From: Chiloscyllium plagiosum
Lineage: Eukaryota
Direction of reading: 5' to 3'
DNA length: 64,000 nucleotides
Assembly (NCBI RefSeq): GCF_004010195.1
Contig: NC_057719.1
Coordinates: 93,761,076-93,825,075, forward strand
The notes under the pieces were generated by a model. It saw only the letters and a list, made by a program, of their open reading frames with translations. It made no database searches and was not told where the DNA came from. Shown piece after piece: positions 36,007 to 49,184 of this stretch. The position numbers and the translations under genes are program-made. How positions within the stretch are numbered: position 1 is the stretch's first letter; every line of letters starts with the position of its first letter.

Positions 36007-36494
36007 NNNNNNNNNNNNNNNNNNNNNNNNNNNNNNNNNNNNNNNNNNNNNNNNNNNNNNNNNNNNNNNNNNNNNNNNNNNNNNNNNNNNNNNNNNNNNN
36101 NNNNNNNNNNNNNNNNNNNNNNNNNNNNNNNNNNNNNNNNNNNNNNNNNNNNNNNNNNNNNNNNNNNNNNNNNNNNNNNNNNNNNNNNNNNNNNNNNNNN
36201 NNNNNNNNNNNNNNNNNNNNNNNNNNNNNNNNNNNNNNNNNNNNNNNNNNNNNNNNNNNNNNNNNNNNNNNNNNNNNNNNNNNNNNNNNNNNNNNNNNNN
36301 NNNNNNNNNNNNNNNNNNNNNNNNNNNNNNNNNNNNNNNNNNNNNNNNNNNNNNNNNNNNNNNNNNNNNNNNNNNNNNNNNNNNNNNNNNNNNNNNNNNN
36401 NNNNNNNNNNNNNNNNNNNNNNNNNNNNNNNNNNNNNNNNNNNNNNNNNNNNNNNNNNNNNNNNNNNNNNNNNNNNNNNNNNNNNNNNNNNNNN
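36007..36494. other. Assembly gap (N run)
   Basis: 488 N; the matching interval in copy 2 (about 42427-43177) is roughly 750 bp. Confidence 1.
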
Positions 36495-37836
36495 TCCTAC
36501 TGCCCAAATCAATTTCTGTATGTAAATGTGAAGCCCTCACAAAAAATAACGATTCTATTTCTTAAGGCAATGCGAAGGCAGACACAGCAGCAAGGTCGGC
36601 AGCTCAGCAGCCACGAAGTGATCAGTTTGACATGTGTATGACAAAGATTTGCACCCCAACAGCAGACGTACGGGAGTTACAGTCACAGGCAACGCTGGAG
36701 GAGAAGCGTGAGTGGACAAGGGCAGTGTGCAGCATGAATGAAGGGGTGTTTTGTGTCCCAAATGGCAAAGCCTGTCTACCACAATCATTATTTCCATTCT
36801 CTGCCAAGCTGACACACAGTAAGGACCATGTGTCAAAAGGGGAAGTACGACAGTTATTCGGCACACTGATACACTAGGGATTTACTCATCAATCCCAGAA
36901 ATATTGTGAACGATGCGTTATTTGTGCCATTCATAATGTGGGGAGGAGATTACAGATGAGACAGGCAGCACACCCCCAATCTCAAAGACACTATGAACAT
37001 TTGCAGATGATGTTCTTTGAACTAATTCCAAGCGGAAGGAACATATATTGTCTGATTATAGTTGATATGTTTTCCAAATGGTTGGAAGCGTTCCCCACGT
37101 CCAAACAGGATGCCAGTGCCTAGGCTTTTCTAACTGAAATAATTCCAAGATGGGGCATCCCTGAAAGCCTTTGTAGTGACAATGGGACAGCATTTTTCAA
37201 TAATGCCTTGCAGCAGAAAAGTGATTATTTGGGAATAAACATGAGACAACACTGTGCCCACCACCCAGCGAGGAGTGGGGCATTGGAAAGAGAAAATGCT
37301 ACCCTAAAACATATAAATGGACGAAATGTTGTGAGGAACTAGGGTTGTCATGGACAGGGCACTTCCAAATGTGCTAACATATATAAGATCTAGGAGGACA
37401 GGAAGAGCTAATCTTAGTCCATTTGAGATTTTGTTTGGTAGGCCACCAAATACAGGAATGGGCCCAAGACCTAAGGCAAGACAGATAATAGACCACTGTG
37501 AGAATCAGATGTTATGTTACTGTATAAACCTCTCTACACTTTTGTATCAAGCATCGAATCAAGTGAAAACAACACTACCCCAATCAGCAGAGGAGCAGCT
37601 GCACAATGTGGAGACTGGATAGCGGTGAAAAACCTTAGGAGGAAAAGCTAGAAGGTGAACAGGTGACTGGGACTGTTTAAAGTGTTCCTTACAACATGGG
37701 CAGCTTTTAAGATCGCCAATGTATATATATATCTGGCTCTGTTTTTTTTTTTTAATCTTGCTTTGTACATTTCTTTTTAAATACTGGCTCTGTTTTCTTT
37801 GTCCTTGTTGTCACAAAATGACAAAAAAGAGCAAAA

Positions 37837-38269
37837 TGTAATGGAAAATTAACAAAATTAACATTTACTGTGAAATCTGAAAGAGAATGCTATGCTAAAT
37901 TTAAAACTTTTCCGAACGTTGCAAATACTTTGCTGAATTCTGCAGTCGAAGAGACAGCTTGTTTTTGCAGAACTTTTTCAACATTCAATCTGGCCTGGTG
38001 AGCAGTCGAATTCACTAGAAAAAACTAAGGAAAACATAAAGACAGTTATGTCCACAGCAAAGGGATGAGAAAATAAGAACTCGAATGTTTCCCAGCCCTT
38101 TTCCTTAAGCGTGTGATAAGAAGAGCATAAAAGGAATACGTTAATTATGTTCATGGCCCTTACACAAGGCGTTTTTGCCAAGTATATTGGCCCACTGCAG
38201 TGCGTAAAAATAAAGCTTTTTCTTTACTCTTGCTAGCATCTGAATCAAGTCAGTTTAATTTCCACGACA
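37837..38269 (+). repeat. ERV-B copy 1 3' LTR
   Basis: TGTAATGGAA...TTCCACGACA, preceded by the purine-rich aaaaaagagcaaaa. Confidence 0.88.
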
Positions 38270-38271
38270 GT

Positions 38272-38771
38272 NNNNNNNNNNNNNNNNNNNNNNNNNNNNN
38301 NNNNNNNNNNNNNNNNNNNNNNNNNNNNNNNNNNNNNNNNNNNNNNNNNNNNNNNNNNNNNNNNNNNNNNNNNNNNNNNNNNNNNNNNNNNNNNNNNNNN
38401 NNNNNNNNNNNNNNNNNNNNNNNNNNNNNNNNNNNNNNNNNNNNNNNNNNNNNNNNNNNNNNNNNNNNNNNNNNNNNNNNNNNNNNNNNNNNNNNNNNNN
38501 NNNNNNNNNNNNNNNNNNNNNNNNNNNNNNNNNNNNNNNNNNNNNNNNNNNNNNNNNNNNNNNNNNNNNNNNNNNNNNNNNNNNNNNNNNNNNNNNNNNN
38601 NNNNNNNNNNNNNNNNNNNNNNNNNNNNNNNNNNNNNNNNNNNNNNNNNNNNNNNNNNNNNNNNNNNNNNNNNNNNNNNNNNNNNNNNNNNNNNNNNNNN
38701 NNNNNNNNNNNNNNNNNNNNNNNNNNNNNNNNNNNNNNNNNNNNNNNNNNNNNNNNNNNNNNNNNNNNNNN
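38272..38771. other. Assembly gap (N run)
   Basis: 500 N. Confidence 1.
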
Positions 38772-39085
38772 AATGATGTTCCCCAATCACTAGCATTGGA
38801 ACGTGACTCTTTATAACTCAAACGAAGAACAGATTCAAGGATACATCTACGATGAGGCATTAATAGAGACAATATTAATGAAATGCATTTACACAATACA
38901 AAATACAGGGAAAAAATGATTTTCTATACAGACCGAAATATGCAAACTACAAAGGGATAGGTTGTTAAAATGCACTCCTGAAATGGAGCTGTATAAATTG
39001 AAATGTGGATTACAAAACTATGGTATGCAAAATTTATCAATCATTATTTGATCCACAGCTGAGATCCTGATTTCCCCTCCGTCAG

Positions 39086-42000
39086 TGTAATGGAAAATTA
39101 ACAAAATTAACATTTTCTGTGAAACTTGAAAGAGAATGCTATGCTAAATTTAAAACTTTTCTGAACTTTGCTAATAGTTTTCTGAATTCTGTAGTCGAGG
39201 AGACAGCTTGTCTTTGCTGAACATTGTAAACATTCAACCTGGACTGGCGAGCAGTCGAATTCAGCAGAAAAGAAAAACATGGAGGCAGTTATTTCGACGG
39301 CAAAGGAGTGAGAAAATAAGAACTCGAATGTTTCCCAGCCCTTATTCTTGAGCGTGTGATAAGAATAGTTTAAAGGAATATATGAATTTTGTTCAGGGTC
39401 CTTACACAAAGCGTTTTTTGCCAAGTGTATTGGTTCCTTGCAGTGGATAAAAAAAAAGCTTTTTCTTTGCTCTTGCTAGCTTCTGAGTTCAGTCAGTATA
39501 ATTTCCATGACAGTAAACGTGGGGGCTCCTCCAGGATCCCGCGTTTAGGTCAGATTCTGAAGATTCCTAGGAGGCGCTGGCGGCATTGCCTTGACGGCCC
39601 TTCACATCATCTCGAGCACTGAAGTGCCCCCTTTGCGTGAGAGGACTGGGAATCTTGGATTGCACCAGAGCCGGGGGTTTGAATCAAATAGGGTCGGGGT
39701 AAGAGCCGTCGCTTTAATAATCCTATGTCGAGACTCATTCTAAGAGAATAAATTAATCAGGAATAGGTTTCAGTAAACTCTCGCACGGTATTCGAGCAAA
39801 ACTCAAGGGAAAGGATTGCCGTCTCTAGAGTGGTTAAGAGATAGCAGGTGAAGGGTGGTTTTAGACTTGGAACCAACACAAGTTGAGTTGGACTCGCCAA
39901 AGACATACCGGATACATGGTTTCTTGGTTTACAAAAAAGAAGGCATTGTAGCGCACGCGCCCAATGCGAGAGGAGACCTCCAGAGGTAAAAGCAAGACAA
40001 ATGGAAAAGATAACAGTACTGTGAGAGAGCTGAACACATTTCCAGTAACGCTGAAAATGGGCTTCAGCAAGACCAAACAAAAAGACGGTTAACAGAGGAC
40101 TTGGAATGGCCAACCAACAATACAGTATATGTTAAATAATTACGGCCCAGAGTTTGTAAAGCAGTTAGAATTGTGGATCAAGGAATGTGGTTTTAGTAAA
40201 AGGCAATTGGAAATTCTAAGGTTACGGTTGGAGGAGAGAGAGTAGAAGAAACGGAAGGGGAAAATGAACCGAGGAATTGGAGTGTTTCTAATATGTGGAA
40301 GGCTGAGGCTGATATCAGAGAAAGGAAATCTCAAGTAAAAGACATATCAAATACGCGTACAAACACTAGAGCACATGCAGACGTGTGCAGAAAACAACCT
40401 AACGAAGCTGAACAGTGCCTTAAGTCTGTTTCAGATCCTGACATTGATGGCTACCCTCTGAGACCAATAGCCCCCCGACAAGATCTGCCTGGTGAAGATC
40501 CCAAGTTAGCGACCACGGCCTCAGAGTCTGCTGAATCACTGATGGCATGCCATAACCCCAACCAACTGAAGGAAGAAGGCCAAAAGAAGGATGCCCACTC
40601 CACGACAGGAAGGCATCCAGAGTCTGTCCACGATCACCCCATGACGGATGATGAGTCAGGCGGTGAGAGTATTGGCTTATGATCATCTTACCAGGTAGTT
40701 CTGCAAGCAACAATGGTTGATGTTGCAGGTCCAGAGTGGTGCCCAGTGTGGGTCCACCGACCATGGACCATTAAAGATTTAGGATGTGCCTCTGGGCAGT
40801 TGCCTGATCCACTTAAGATTGGAGGTAATAAGTTCACCGAAGAAGTGACGGCGTTCTGTACCGAGTTCCGTCCCACATTGCATGCGATGAGTTATCCCTT
40901 GGGACGAAAGTTGTGGGCTGATGTCACCAAAATCAAGTATAACTGGCCAGCCGTAAATGTCCATGCCAGATCAACCGACCCACAAGCGGAGGAAAATAGA
41001 GATTTTAATGCTTTTGTTGCAGCGCTGGCAATCGCCTGTAGGGAGGCATTCCCAGTGCGAATGGACATGACCAAAACTGCAATGTGTAAACAAGGAGAAG
41101 GTGAGAGAGAGCCCCAGTATCTTACGCGTCTCACTGAAGTCCATAACATCCATAGTAGACTGAGGCCACCCGACGACATAATGGCAGAAATCACGGCGTA
41201 TGAGCAACAACTGCGGAACAGCTTCATCAATGAAATGAAGGATGAAATAGCGAAAAAGTAAAAGACACATGTATTACCTGGGACACGGGAAAGCTGAATT
41301 TGATAGAACAACATGCGAAACATCTGAAAAATTGCTTACCCAGGAGAAGGATAGGTGGAAACTAAAGATGGAATAGCAAGTGCTTAAAGCTCAGCTTGCT
41401 ATGATGCAAATGGTCATCCAACCGTTGGAGGGATGTGCTGCAGGAAAAGAGAGAGGCAGAGGGGAAGGTTGCAGAAGTGGAAGAGGAAGTGATCGCGGAA
41501 GTAGCGCTGACAGAGGTCAAACTGGCGAGTGCTTAGTTTGCGGAGCAATGGACCACTAGGCATGACAGTGCCCGCACAGACAGCCTCAATCAGCCCTGGA
41601 GGCTGGGCAGCAGTGTGACTCGCAGGGTAAGACTGAGTTGGAGTTCGGCAGCCCATAAGGTACAGGTAAGCCTCATTCCTTTATGCTTGGCAAAGAAGAC
41701 TCGCTTTGCTAATCTCTTCTAATAGCTTTATTGGCACTGAGACGTGTCTCACCTCGATATTGAGCACTGCAATTGCGAAGTGTGGACAATACGTTCATAA
41801 TAGCAATGATGCCTATAAGTCGATGCCTACCTCTATGTTATATGTGGAAGGTACACCAGTTACTTTTTTTGGTAGACATTCAGTCATTAAATCAAGCCAG
41901 CTCAGAGAGTCAACGCCAATAAAGTTGAGTGGAAGGTCCCTAAAGGGTGCATCAGGAGTTGTGCTACGAGAGAGATTTACGGCACCGCTGCAGAGCAGAA

Positions 42001-44219
42001 TACCCGTTAAAACCTGAGGCGAGAGCAGGAATTACTCCAGTCTTTGAATCCCCCTTGTCAGGCAATAACTCTGTTGTTCCGCGCACCTCAAATGTTCCTA
42101 ACTCTTGTACTATATTAGCTGAAATTCCACCGGACAGTAAATGGTTCTCTGTTGTGGATTTAGCAAATACCTTCTTAAGTGCACTGGTACACCCAGATAG
42201 TCAATTCTGGTTTGTTTTTTTTATTTAAAGAGAAATCATATAACTTCACATGACTTTGTCAAGGTTACTGTGAGTCCCCTATCATATACAATGAGGCTCG
42301 ACGCAGGAGTCTGAAGACTTTTGTTTTAATCCTGGGGTCAGCGCTGCTGCAGTGTGTAGATGATTGCTTGATAGCAGCATAAACTACACCTACATTGGGG
42401 ATTCCGAATCCAAACAAGCCTTTTGTACAAACGGTAGATGAGAACCGTGGCTGAATGACATCTGCCTTGTTGCAGGATTATAGGGAACGATTGAGGCCAG
42501 TAGCTTATTTTTCAGTTAAACTAGACCCCGTAGCAGCAGGATTGCCTAAATGCTTGCGAACCATGGCCGCAGCTGAAAAAGCTGTTGTAGCATCCAGGGA
42601 TATAGTCAGCTATGGTGAATTAACCCTACTTGTCCCACATGCAGTATCCTTACTGCTTTCCGAGTAAAAGACAGCACATATGTCGTCAGCACGTTGGCTC
42701 AGATGTAACACTATTATTTGAGATGCCTGACATTACTATAAAGTGATGCAACGTCCTTACCCTGCTAGCCTTCTCCCCACGGAAAGAGCCGGTGACCCAC
42801 ATGATTGCGTTGTTGCAACTAATGAAATTTTCAGCCCTAGACCAGACTTGCAGAATTCCCCACTTCAGAATCAGGATATAAAGGTTTTTGTGGATGAGTC
42901 AACATTCAGGAGCAAGGAGACAGGCCAGAAATGAACTGGATATGCTGTAATGACTACTGACGAGGTAGTCAAAGTGGGACCATTCCTTTCTCATCATTTG
43001 TCTTGACTGAGGCATGTAAATTGGCTAAGGGAAGGACAGTGAATATTTACACAGATAGCAGATGTGCATTCAGGGTTGTACATGATTTTGCAATCCTGTG
43101 GAAACATAGAGGCTTCTTGACCTCCACCAGAAAGCCCATCACACACCGTGGTCTGATTTCTGACTTCCTGGAAGTGGTCCTATTGCCCAAGTCATTTTAT
43201 GTATGTAAATGTGAAGCCCACACAAAAAATAACGTTTCTATTTCTTAAGGCAATGCGAGAGTAGACTCAGCAGCAAGGATGACAGCCCAGCAGCCACAAA
43301 GTGATCAGTTTGACATGTGTATGACAAAGATTTGCACCCAAACAGCAGACGTACGAGAGTTACAGTCACAGGCAACGCTGGAGGAGAAGCGTGAGTGGAC
43401 AAGGGCAGTGTGCAGCATGAATAAAGAGGTGTGTTGTGGCCCAAATGGTAAAGCCTGTCTACCACAATCATTATTTCCATTCTATGCCAAACTGACACAC
43501 AGTAAGGACCATGTGTCAAAAGGGGGGGAAGTACAACAGTATTTTGGCACATTGATACACGAAGGGATTTACTCATTAATCCCAGAAATATTGTGAACGA
43601 TGCGTTATTTGTGCCAATAATAATGTGGGGAGGGGATTACAGATGAGACAGGCAGCACACCCCCAATCTCAAAGACACTTTGAACATTTGCAGATGATGT
43701 TCTTTGAACTAACGCCAAGCGGGGGGAACATATATTGTCTGATTATAGTTGATGTTTTCCAAATGGTTGGAAGCGTTCCCCACGTCCAAACAGGGTGCCA
43801 GTGCCTAGACTTTTCTAACTGAAATAATTCCAAGATGGGGCATCCCTGAAAGCCTTTGTAGTGACAAATGGGACAGCATTTTTCAATAATGCCTTGCAGC
43901 AGAACAGTGATTATTTGGGAATAAACATGAGACAACACTGTGCCTACCACCCAGCGAGGAGTGGGGCATTGGAAAGAGAAAATGCTACCCTAAAACATAT
44001 AAATGGAAGAAATGTTGTGAGGAGCTAGGGTTGTCATGGACAAGGCACTTCGAATTGTGCTAACGTATATGAGATCTAGGAGGACAGGAAGAGCTAATCT
44101 AAACCCATTTGAGATTTTGTTTGGTAGGTCACCAAATACAGGAATAGGCCCAAGACCTAAGGTAAGACACATAATAGACCACTGTGAGGAAGAGATGTTG
44201 TGTTACTGTATAAAACTCT
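39086..44219 (+). mobile_element. ERV-B copy 2 (5' LTR 39086-39512, PBS, gag from 40057, pol; 3' end deleted)
   Basis: Collinear with copy 1; adds RLRPVAYFSVKLDPVAAGLPKCLR and RNase H VFVDES / VNIYTDSRCAF; breaks off late in integrase and host unit sequence resumes by about 44260. Confidence 0.92.
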
Positions 44220-44789
44220 GTGTTTCATTTCCTGCTGTTCTTGGCGTAGTCTATTTTTTCAAATCCACCTTCTCCATGTTACTTATCTATTGGTCGAATG
44301 GATTTGGTTAGCTGTCAGTAACCTAGCTCTGTGATATTATTGGGAATAAGTGATCTGGGCTAACAGCCAGTATCAGCACACTGCTCACAGTGTATGACAC
44401 CGAGACAAAGGGCTTGCAGTCCAGAGGTATTTCTAAATAAAACTTCTAACTTCTGTCTGTCCATATCTATCCACCTTCATGCTGTCTTCTGATCTAAGTT
44501 CACCCTCATCTAACACCTCTTCATCTCCCACTCACTTAGTCGCTCCTCTTTCTATTCTCTCTCAGTTATCTCTCTTCACTTTCTTTCACTCTGTTTATTT
44601 CCCTCTCACACAATCTATCTCCATACTCTCTCTAGCAACAATAAATAATCAAGCACTGAACACCCTTCTAATAACAGAAACGTCGATAATGTTATGTATA
44701 AGAAACACTGCTTTCCTGTTCTTCTTCAAATCAGATAACCTGTCCCATCGAGAAGCTCAACTTGGAACTATTTTTTTAAAATGTTATTT

Positions 44790-47450
44790 TTAGATGTGGG
44801 CACCGCTGGATGGGCCCACCATTTCATGTCTGTCGCTCGTTGCCCCCTTGAGAAAGTGGTGCTGAGCTTCCTTCTTGAATTGCTGCAGTCCACCTGCTGT
44901 GTGTTGACTCACAATGCTATGAAGGAAGGAATTCCAGGGTTTTTACCAGTAACTGAAGGAATGGCGATATATTTCCACATCAGGATGTTGATTGGTTTGG
45001 ACGGGAATTTATAGGTGGTGGCATTCCCATAAGTATGCTGGCCTTGTCATTCTAGATGTAAGTGTTCGTGGGATTGGAAGATGCTGCCTGATGATCTTTG
45101 GGGAATATCTGCATTGTGCCGTGTAGATAGTACACACTTCTGCTCCTGAGTGACGATGGTGGAGGGAGTGAATGCTTGTGGATGTGGTGCAAATCAAATG
45201 GGCTGTTTTGTCCTCGATAGTGTCTGCACTCATTCAGGCAAGTGGGAGAAATCCATCTCATTCCTGATTTGTGCCTTTTAGATGATCGACAGGCTTAAGG
45301 AAGTCAGGAGGTGAGCTACTCGCGCAGTATGCCTAGCCTCTGATCTGCTCTTATATTTATGTGGTGAGACGAGTTGAGCTTCTGATCAATGATAACCCAC
45401 AGAATATTGATAGTGGGGAACGGAGTGATGATAATGCTGCAAAATACCAAGTTGTTACATTGTTTCTTATTGGTGATGGTCATTGTCTGGCAGCTGTGTG
45501 GTGCAAATGTTACTTGCCACTTGTCAACCCAAGCTTGGAGAGGGTCCAGATCTTGTTGCATTTTTTCATGGACTGCTTCCATATCTGAGCATTTGCGAAT
45601 GGTGCTGAACATTGTGCAGTCGTTGTCGAATATCCCCACGTCTGACATTATGATGGATGGAAGGTCATGGATGAAGCAGCTGAAGATGCTTGGATCTAGG
45701 ATTCATCCAGAAAGTCACTGAAGGTGTTGTCTTGTGTGGTGATGAAATGTCTGTTAATGAAACTTCCAGCTCAGCGAGGAAACCTATATCCATATTATCC
45801 TGAAGGACTACTACAGAAATGTTCTGGAGCTGAGGTGACTGACTTCCAACAACAATGAGCATCTTCCTATCTGTCAGGTATGACTCCAATAATGGTGCAT
45901 TTGACCGCGATACCCTTTTTACTCGGGTTTTGTGAGGCCACATTTGAAAGAATGTAGACTTGATGTTAACGGCTGGAATTCAGCTCCTTTTTCTATGTTT
46001 GAACTAAGGCTGTAATGAGGTCAGGAGCTGAGTGTACCTGGTGGAACCCAAATTGGGTGTCACTGAGCAGGTTATTATTGATAGCACTGTTAGTGCTTGA
46101 TAGCACTGTTGATGTCCCCTTCCATCACTTTTCTGATAATGGGGAGTAGACTGATGAGGTGGTATTTGGCCGGGTTGACTTTGTCCTGCTTTTTATGTAC
46201 AGAACACACTTGAGCAGTTTTTTCTCCCCATTGTAGGTTTGTAACCATACTGGAACAGCGAGGCTAGGGGAGCGGGAAGTTCTGGAGCACAAGTCTTCAG
46301 GACTATTGTCAGCATGTTATCAGGGCCATTAGCCTTTGCAGTGTCCAATGCCTAACCATTTCTTGATATCACTCAATCGAATTTGCTGAAGACCGCTATC
46401 TGTAATGATGGGAGGAGACCAAAGTGGATCATCCACTCGAAACTTCTGAGTGAAGAATTCTGTGAAAGCTTCGGCCTTATCTTTTGCACTGATGTGCTGG
46501 GCTCCTCCATCTTTGAGGTTGGGGATATTAGTGGAGCCTCCTACTCCAGTGAGTTGTTTAATCATCCACCACCATCCACGATCAGATTCGCAGGGCTGCA
46601 GAGCTTAGATCTGAATATGCTGGCTCTGGGATCGCTTAGCTCAGTCTGTCCCTTGCATCTTATGCTATTTGGCATGCAAATAGTTCTGTTTGGAAGCTTC
46701 AGCAGATTAACATTTTATCTTTATGTATGCCTGCTTCGGCTCCTGGCTTGCCTTCCTGCACCCTCTTTTGAACCAGGGTTAATCCTCTTGCTTGATGGTA
46801 ATAGTTGAGTGGGGGATATGCTGGGTATATGAGGTTACAGGTTACAGGGACTCCCAGAGCATCTACTGCCCAACTCTATCGCACTGAGCTGCCTCCTGTG
46901 CTGGATCGGTCCTGCTTTGGAACAGGACATATCCAGGGATGGTGATGGTACTGTCCGGGTTATATCTGTAAGGTAAAATTCCGTGAGTATGCCTATGCCA
47001 GGTTTTTGTTTGACGAGTCTGTAAAACAGTTGTCCCAAATTTGGCACGAGCACTCATTGTTAGTAAGGAGGACTTTGCAGTTCGACAATGGTGTTTCTAA
47101 CTTTTTCCGGTGCCAAGGTCAATAAATCCGGTTTCATTTCTTTGAGATTTTGTAGCACATCTGACTGACTCGCTAAACCATTTCAGAGGGCGACTGAAAG
47201 TCGATCACATTGCTTTGGGTCTGGAGTCAACGGAATGAAAGATTCTTCATTGAAGGATATCAGTGAACCTGATGGATTTTCTGACGATCAGCAACGATTT
47301 AATTCTCATAGGTAGATTCTTAATTCCAGGGATATTTTAAAATTTTTGAATTGAATTTCCACCATCTGCAGTGGTGGGATTCGAACCTCGGTTCACAGAA
47401 CAGGAGCTGATTTTCTGGATTGATAATCTCGTGGTAATACCATGAGGCCT
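44790..47450 (-). mobile_element. LINE family 2, near full span with internal deletions (tRNA-like head, endonuclease, RT, 3' tail)
   Basis: LVPNLGQLFYRLVKQKPGIGILTEFYL; GIFDNDCTMF; MQQDLDPLQAWVDKWQVTFAPHSCQ; SIHSLHHRHSGA. Confidence 0.85.
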
Positions 47451-47823
47451 GCTTCGAACCACATGTTGTACTCAACTGGTATTCATTGTGTTGTCCTGTT
47501 TTTCTATCATTGCTACATTATTGTGGAACCTCATCCTTCATTAAATTCAGATTGAAATACATGGTGATGACAGTCATCCCGACTGCTCGAATTTCATTCA
47601 GTCTATTTTGTTTGAATAGACATATCAAGGCAGCTGTACATCAGTGAAGAACATGAAGAGATAATGATAATTGCGCACTGTACCTGTCACCGAACCAGCG
47701 TGTGTGTCCAGACACCGAAAGTACTTATTGTGGATCAGAGAACCGCGGAATTATTATAGCACAAATGGGAGTCAGTCAGCCCATCGTGGGGTCACAAGCT
47801 CTCCAACGGCACAATTGGAGCAA

Positions 47824-47907
47824 CAGTGATAAATTGCATCTGTTTTGTTAAATTCAACAATACTGCAGTGATAAATTGCATCTGTTTTGTTAAATTCAAC
47901 AATACTG
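47824..47907. repeat. Perfect 42-bp tandem duplication
   Basis: cagtgataaattgcatctgttttgttaaattcaacaatactg occurs twice. Confidence 0.95.
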
Positions 47908-48164
47908 GCGTAACAGGATCGATCCTTCGAAAATACCGGACTGAAAATGGCAATCCTTTCAGAGACAGTGTATTCCCGCCAGATGAGACTCACAGATTGC
48001 TGTTTATATTCAACGTTTAATGGACTACTGGCCGACACTGAATCCTCCCATCGTCCATATCACAGGGGTTACTATTGAACAGAACGTGAAGTCAAATCAA
48101 CATACAAATACAAGGGTTACAAGAGCTGCTCAGAGACTTACAATTTTGAACTGAATAATAGACC

Positions 48165-48840
48165 ACATGACCATAAGAGCATGAGATATTGCTGTAGATT
48201 GAGGCCATTCAGCCCATTCCTTCGCTGTGAAACTGCCATTTTGTCATAGTCCCTATGACTAGTGGACATATCTTCTACACACTGACTGTATCAATCTTTG
48301 CAGTAATCAATCAGTTTCTATCAGATGCCTCTCCTCCCATTCTTCTAAATTCCATCGATCATGACAAGCCACCATCCCCAGGATGGATCACCTCCAACAC
48401 CAGCTGATCTTTCCCCAAAATAGCTCCCAATATTCCAAATGCCGTCTGACCATTGCCCATTACATTCTCAGCAGTATGTCTCCTCGCTTGTATTCAAGCT
48501 CCCTTGAAATGAATGCTAACATTACATTTGCTTTCCTAACTGCCAACTGAACCTGCACAATAACCATAACAGAGGACTTCAAAATCCTTTTGTGCTTCAG
48601 ATTTAATGGATCCTATTAGAACATAGTGTCTGCCTCTAGTCAGCCTACCAAAGTGCATAATCTCACACGTTCCCATATTGTATTCCATTCAGCAACGTGT
48701 TTGCCCACACGTTGTCTAAGCTTTTCTGCAGCCTTCCCATTTCATGAATATCGCCTGCCCATCCAACCATCACTGTATCATCTCCAAACTTAGCAAAACT
48801 CCCCTCAGGTACTTTGTTCAGGTGGTTCATGTAAATGGCA
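48165..48840 (-). mobile_element. Old CR1 3' fragment
   Basis: Homologous to 21030-21870 (ggccattcagccc tail; caaagtgcataatctcacac). Confidence 0.75.
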
Positions 48841-49184
48841 CTTTCTGACTCCCTAAGAACTGTCTACCATTGAAAAGGCACAGCTCTCAAGGTGGTTGAC
48901 TCCACTCAGGTTCAAGCAGTGACTTGACTGGAATTATGCCTGTAAAATCTTCACTCCCTGCACCACTGACACCCAGTAGGAGCGCACCCTGCCCCCGAAT
49001 TGTTGTGAATTTACCCCGTTATGGTGACAAAGGACTTGTTGGCGCACAATCCCAATCTAATGATGTCACTCTGTCTCAACACTAACTGTGTGCTGCTCAC
49101 AACAACCAATGTCACTGTGTGTTGATGATGACGGAGGGAGGTGGTGGAGGGAATGTCTATGATGAATGACGGTGTGACTGCCAG

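Larger units (their letters stand above)
34900..37720 (+). pseudogene. pol: ERV-B copy 1 pol (internally deleted; SINE and assembly gap inside)
   Basis: EGTPVTFLVD; WFSVVDLANTF; LLQCVDDCLIAA; THSKDHVSKG...CERCVIC; LCSDNGTAF; LSPFEILFGRPP. Confidence 0.88.
32376..38269 (+). mobile_element. ERV-B copy 1: env-less, epsilon-like class I provirus (LTR-PBS-gag-pol-LTR)
   Basis: Two homologous LTRs, a tRNA-Pro primer site, gag major homology region and CCHC knuckle, RT and integrase motifs. Confidence 0.92.

Noticed and set aside
35919..38896. Long ORFs of 170-220 aa in the ORF track
   Set aside because: They are runs of X across N gaps.
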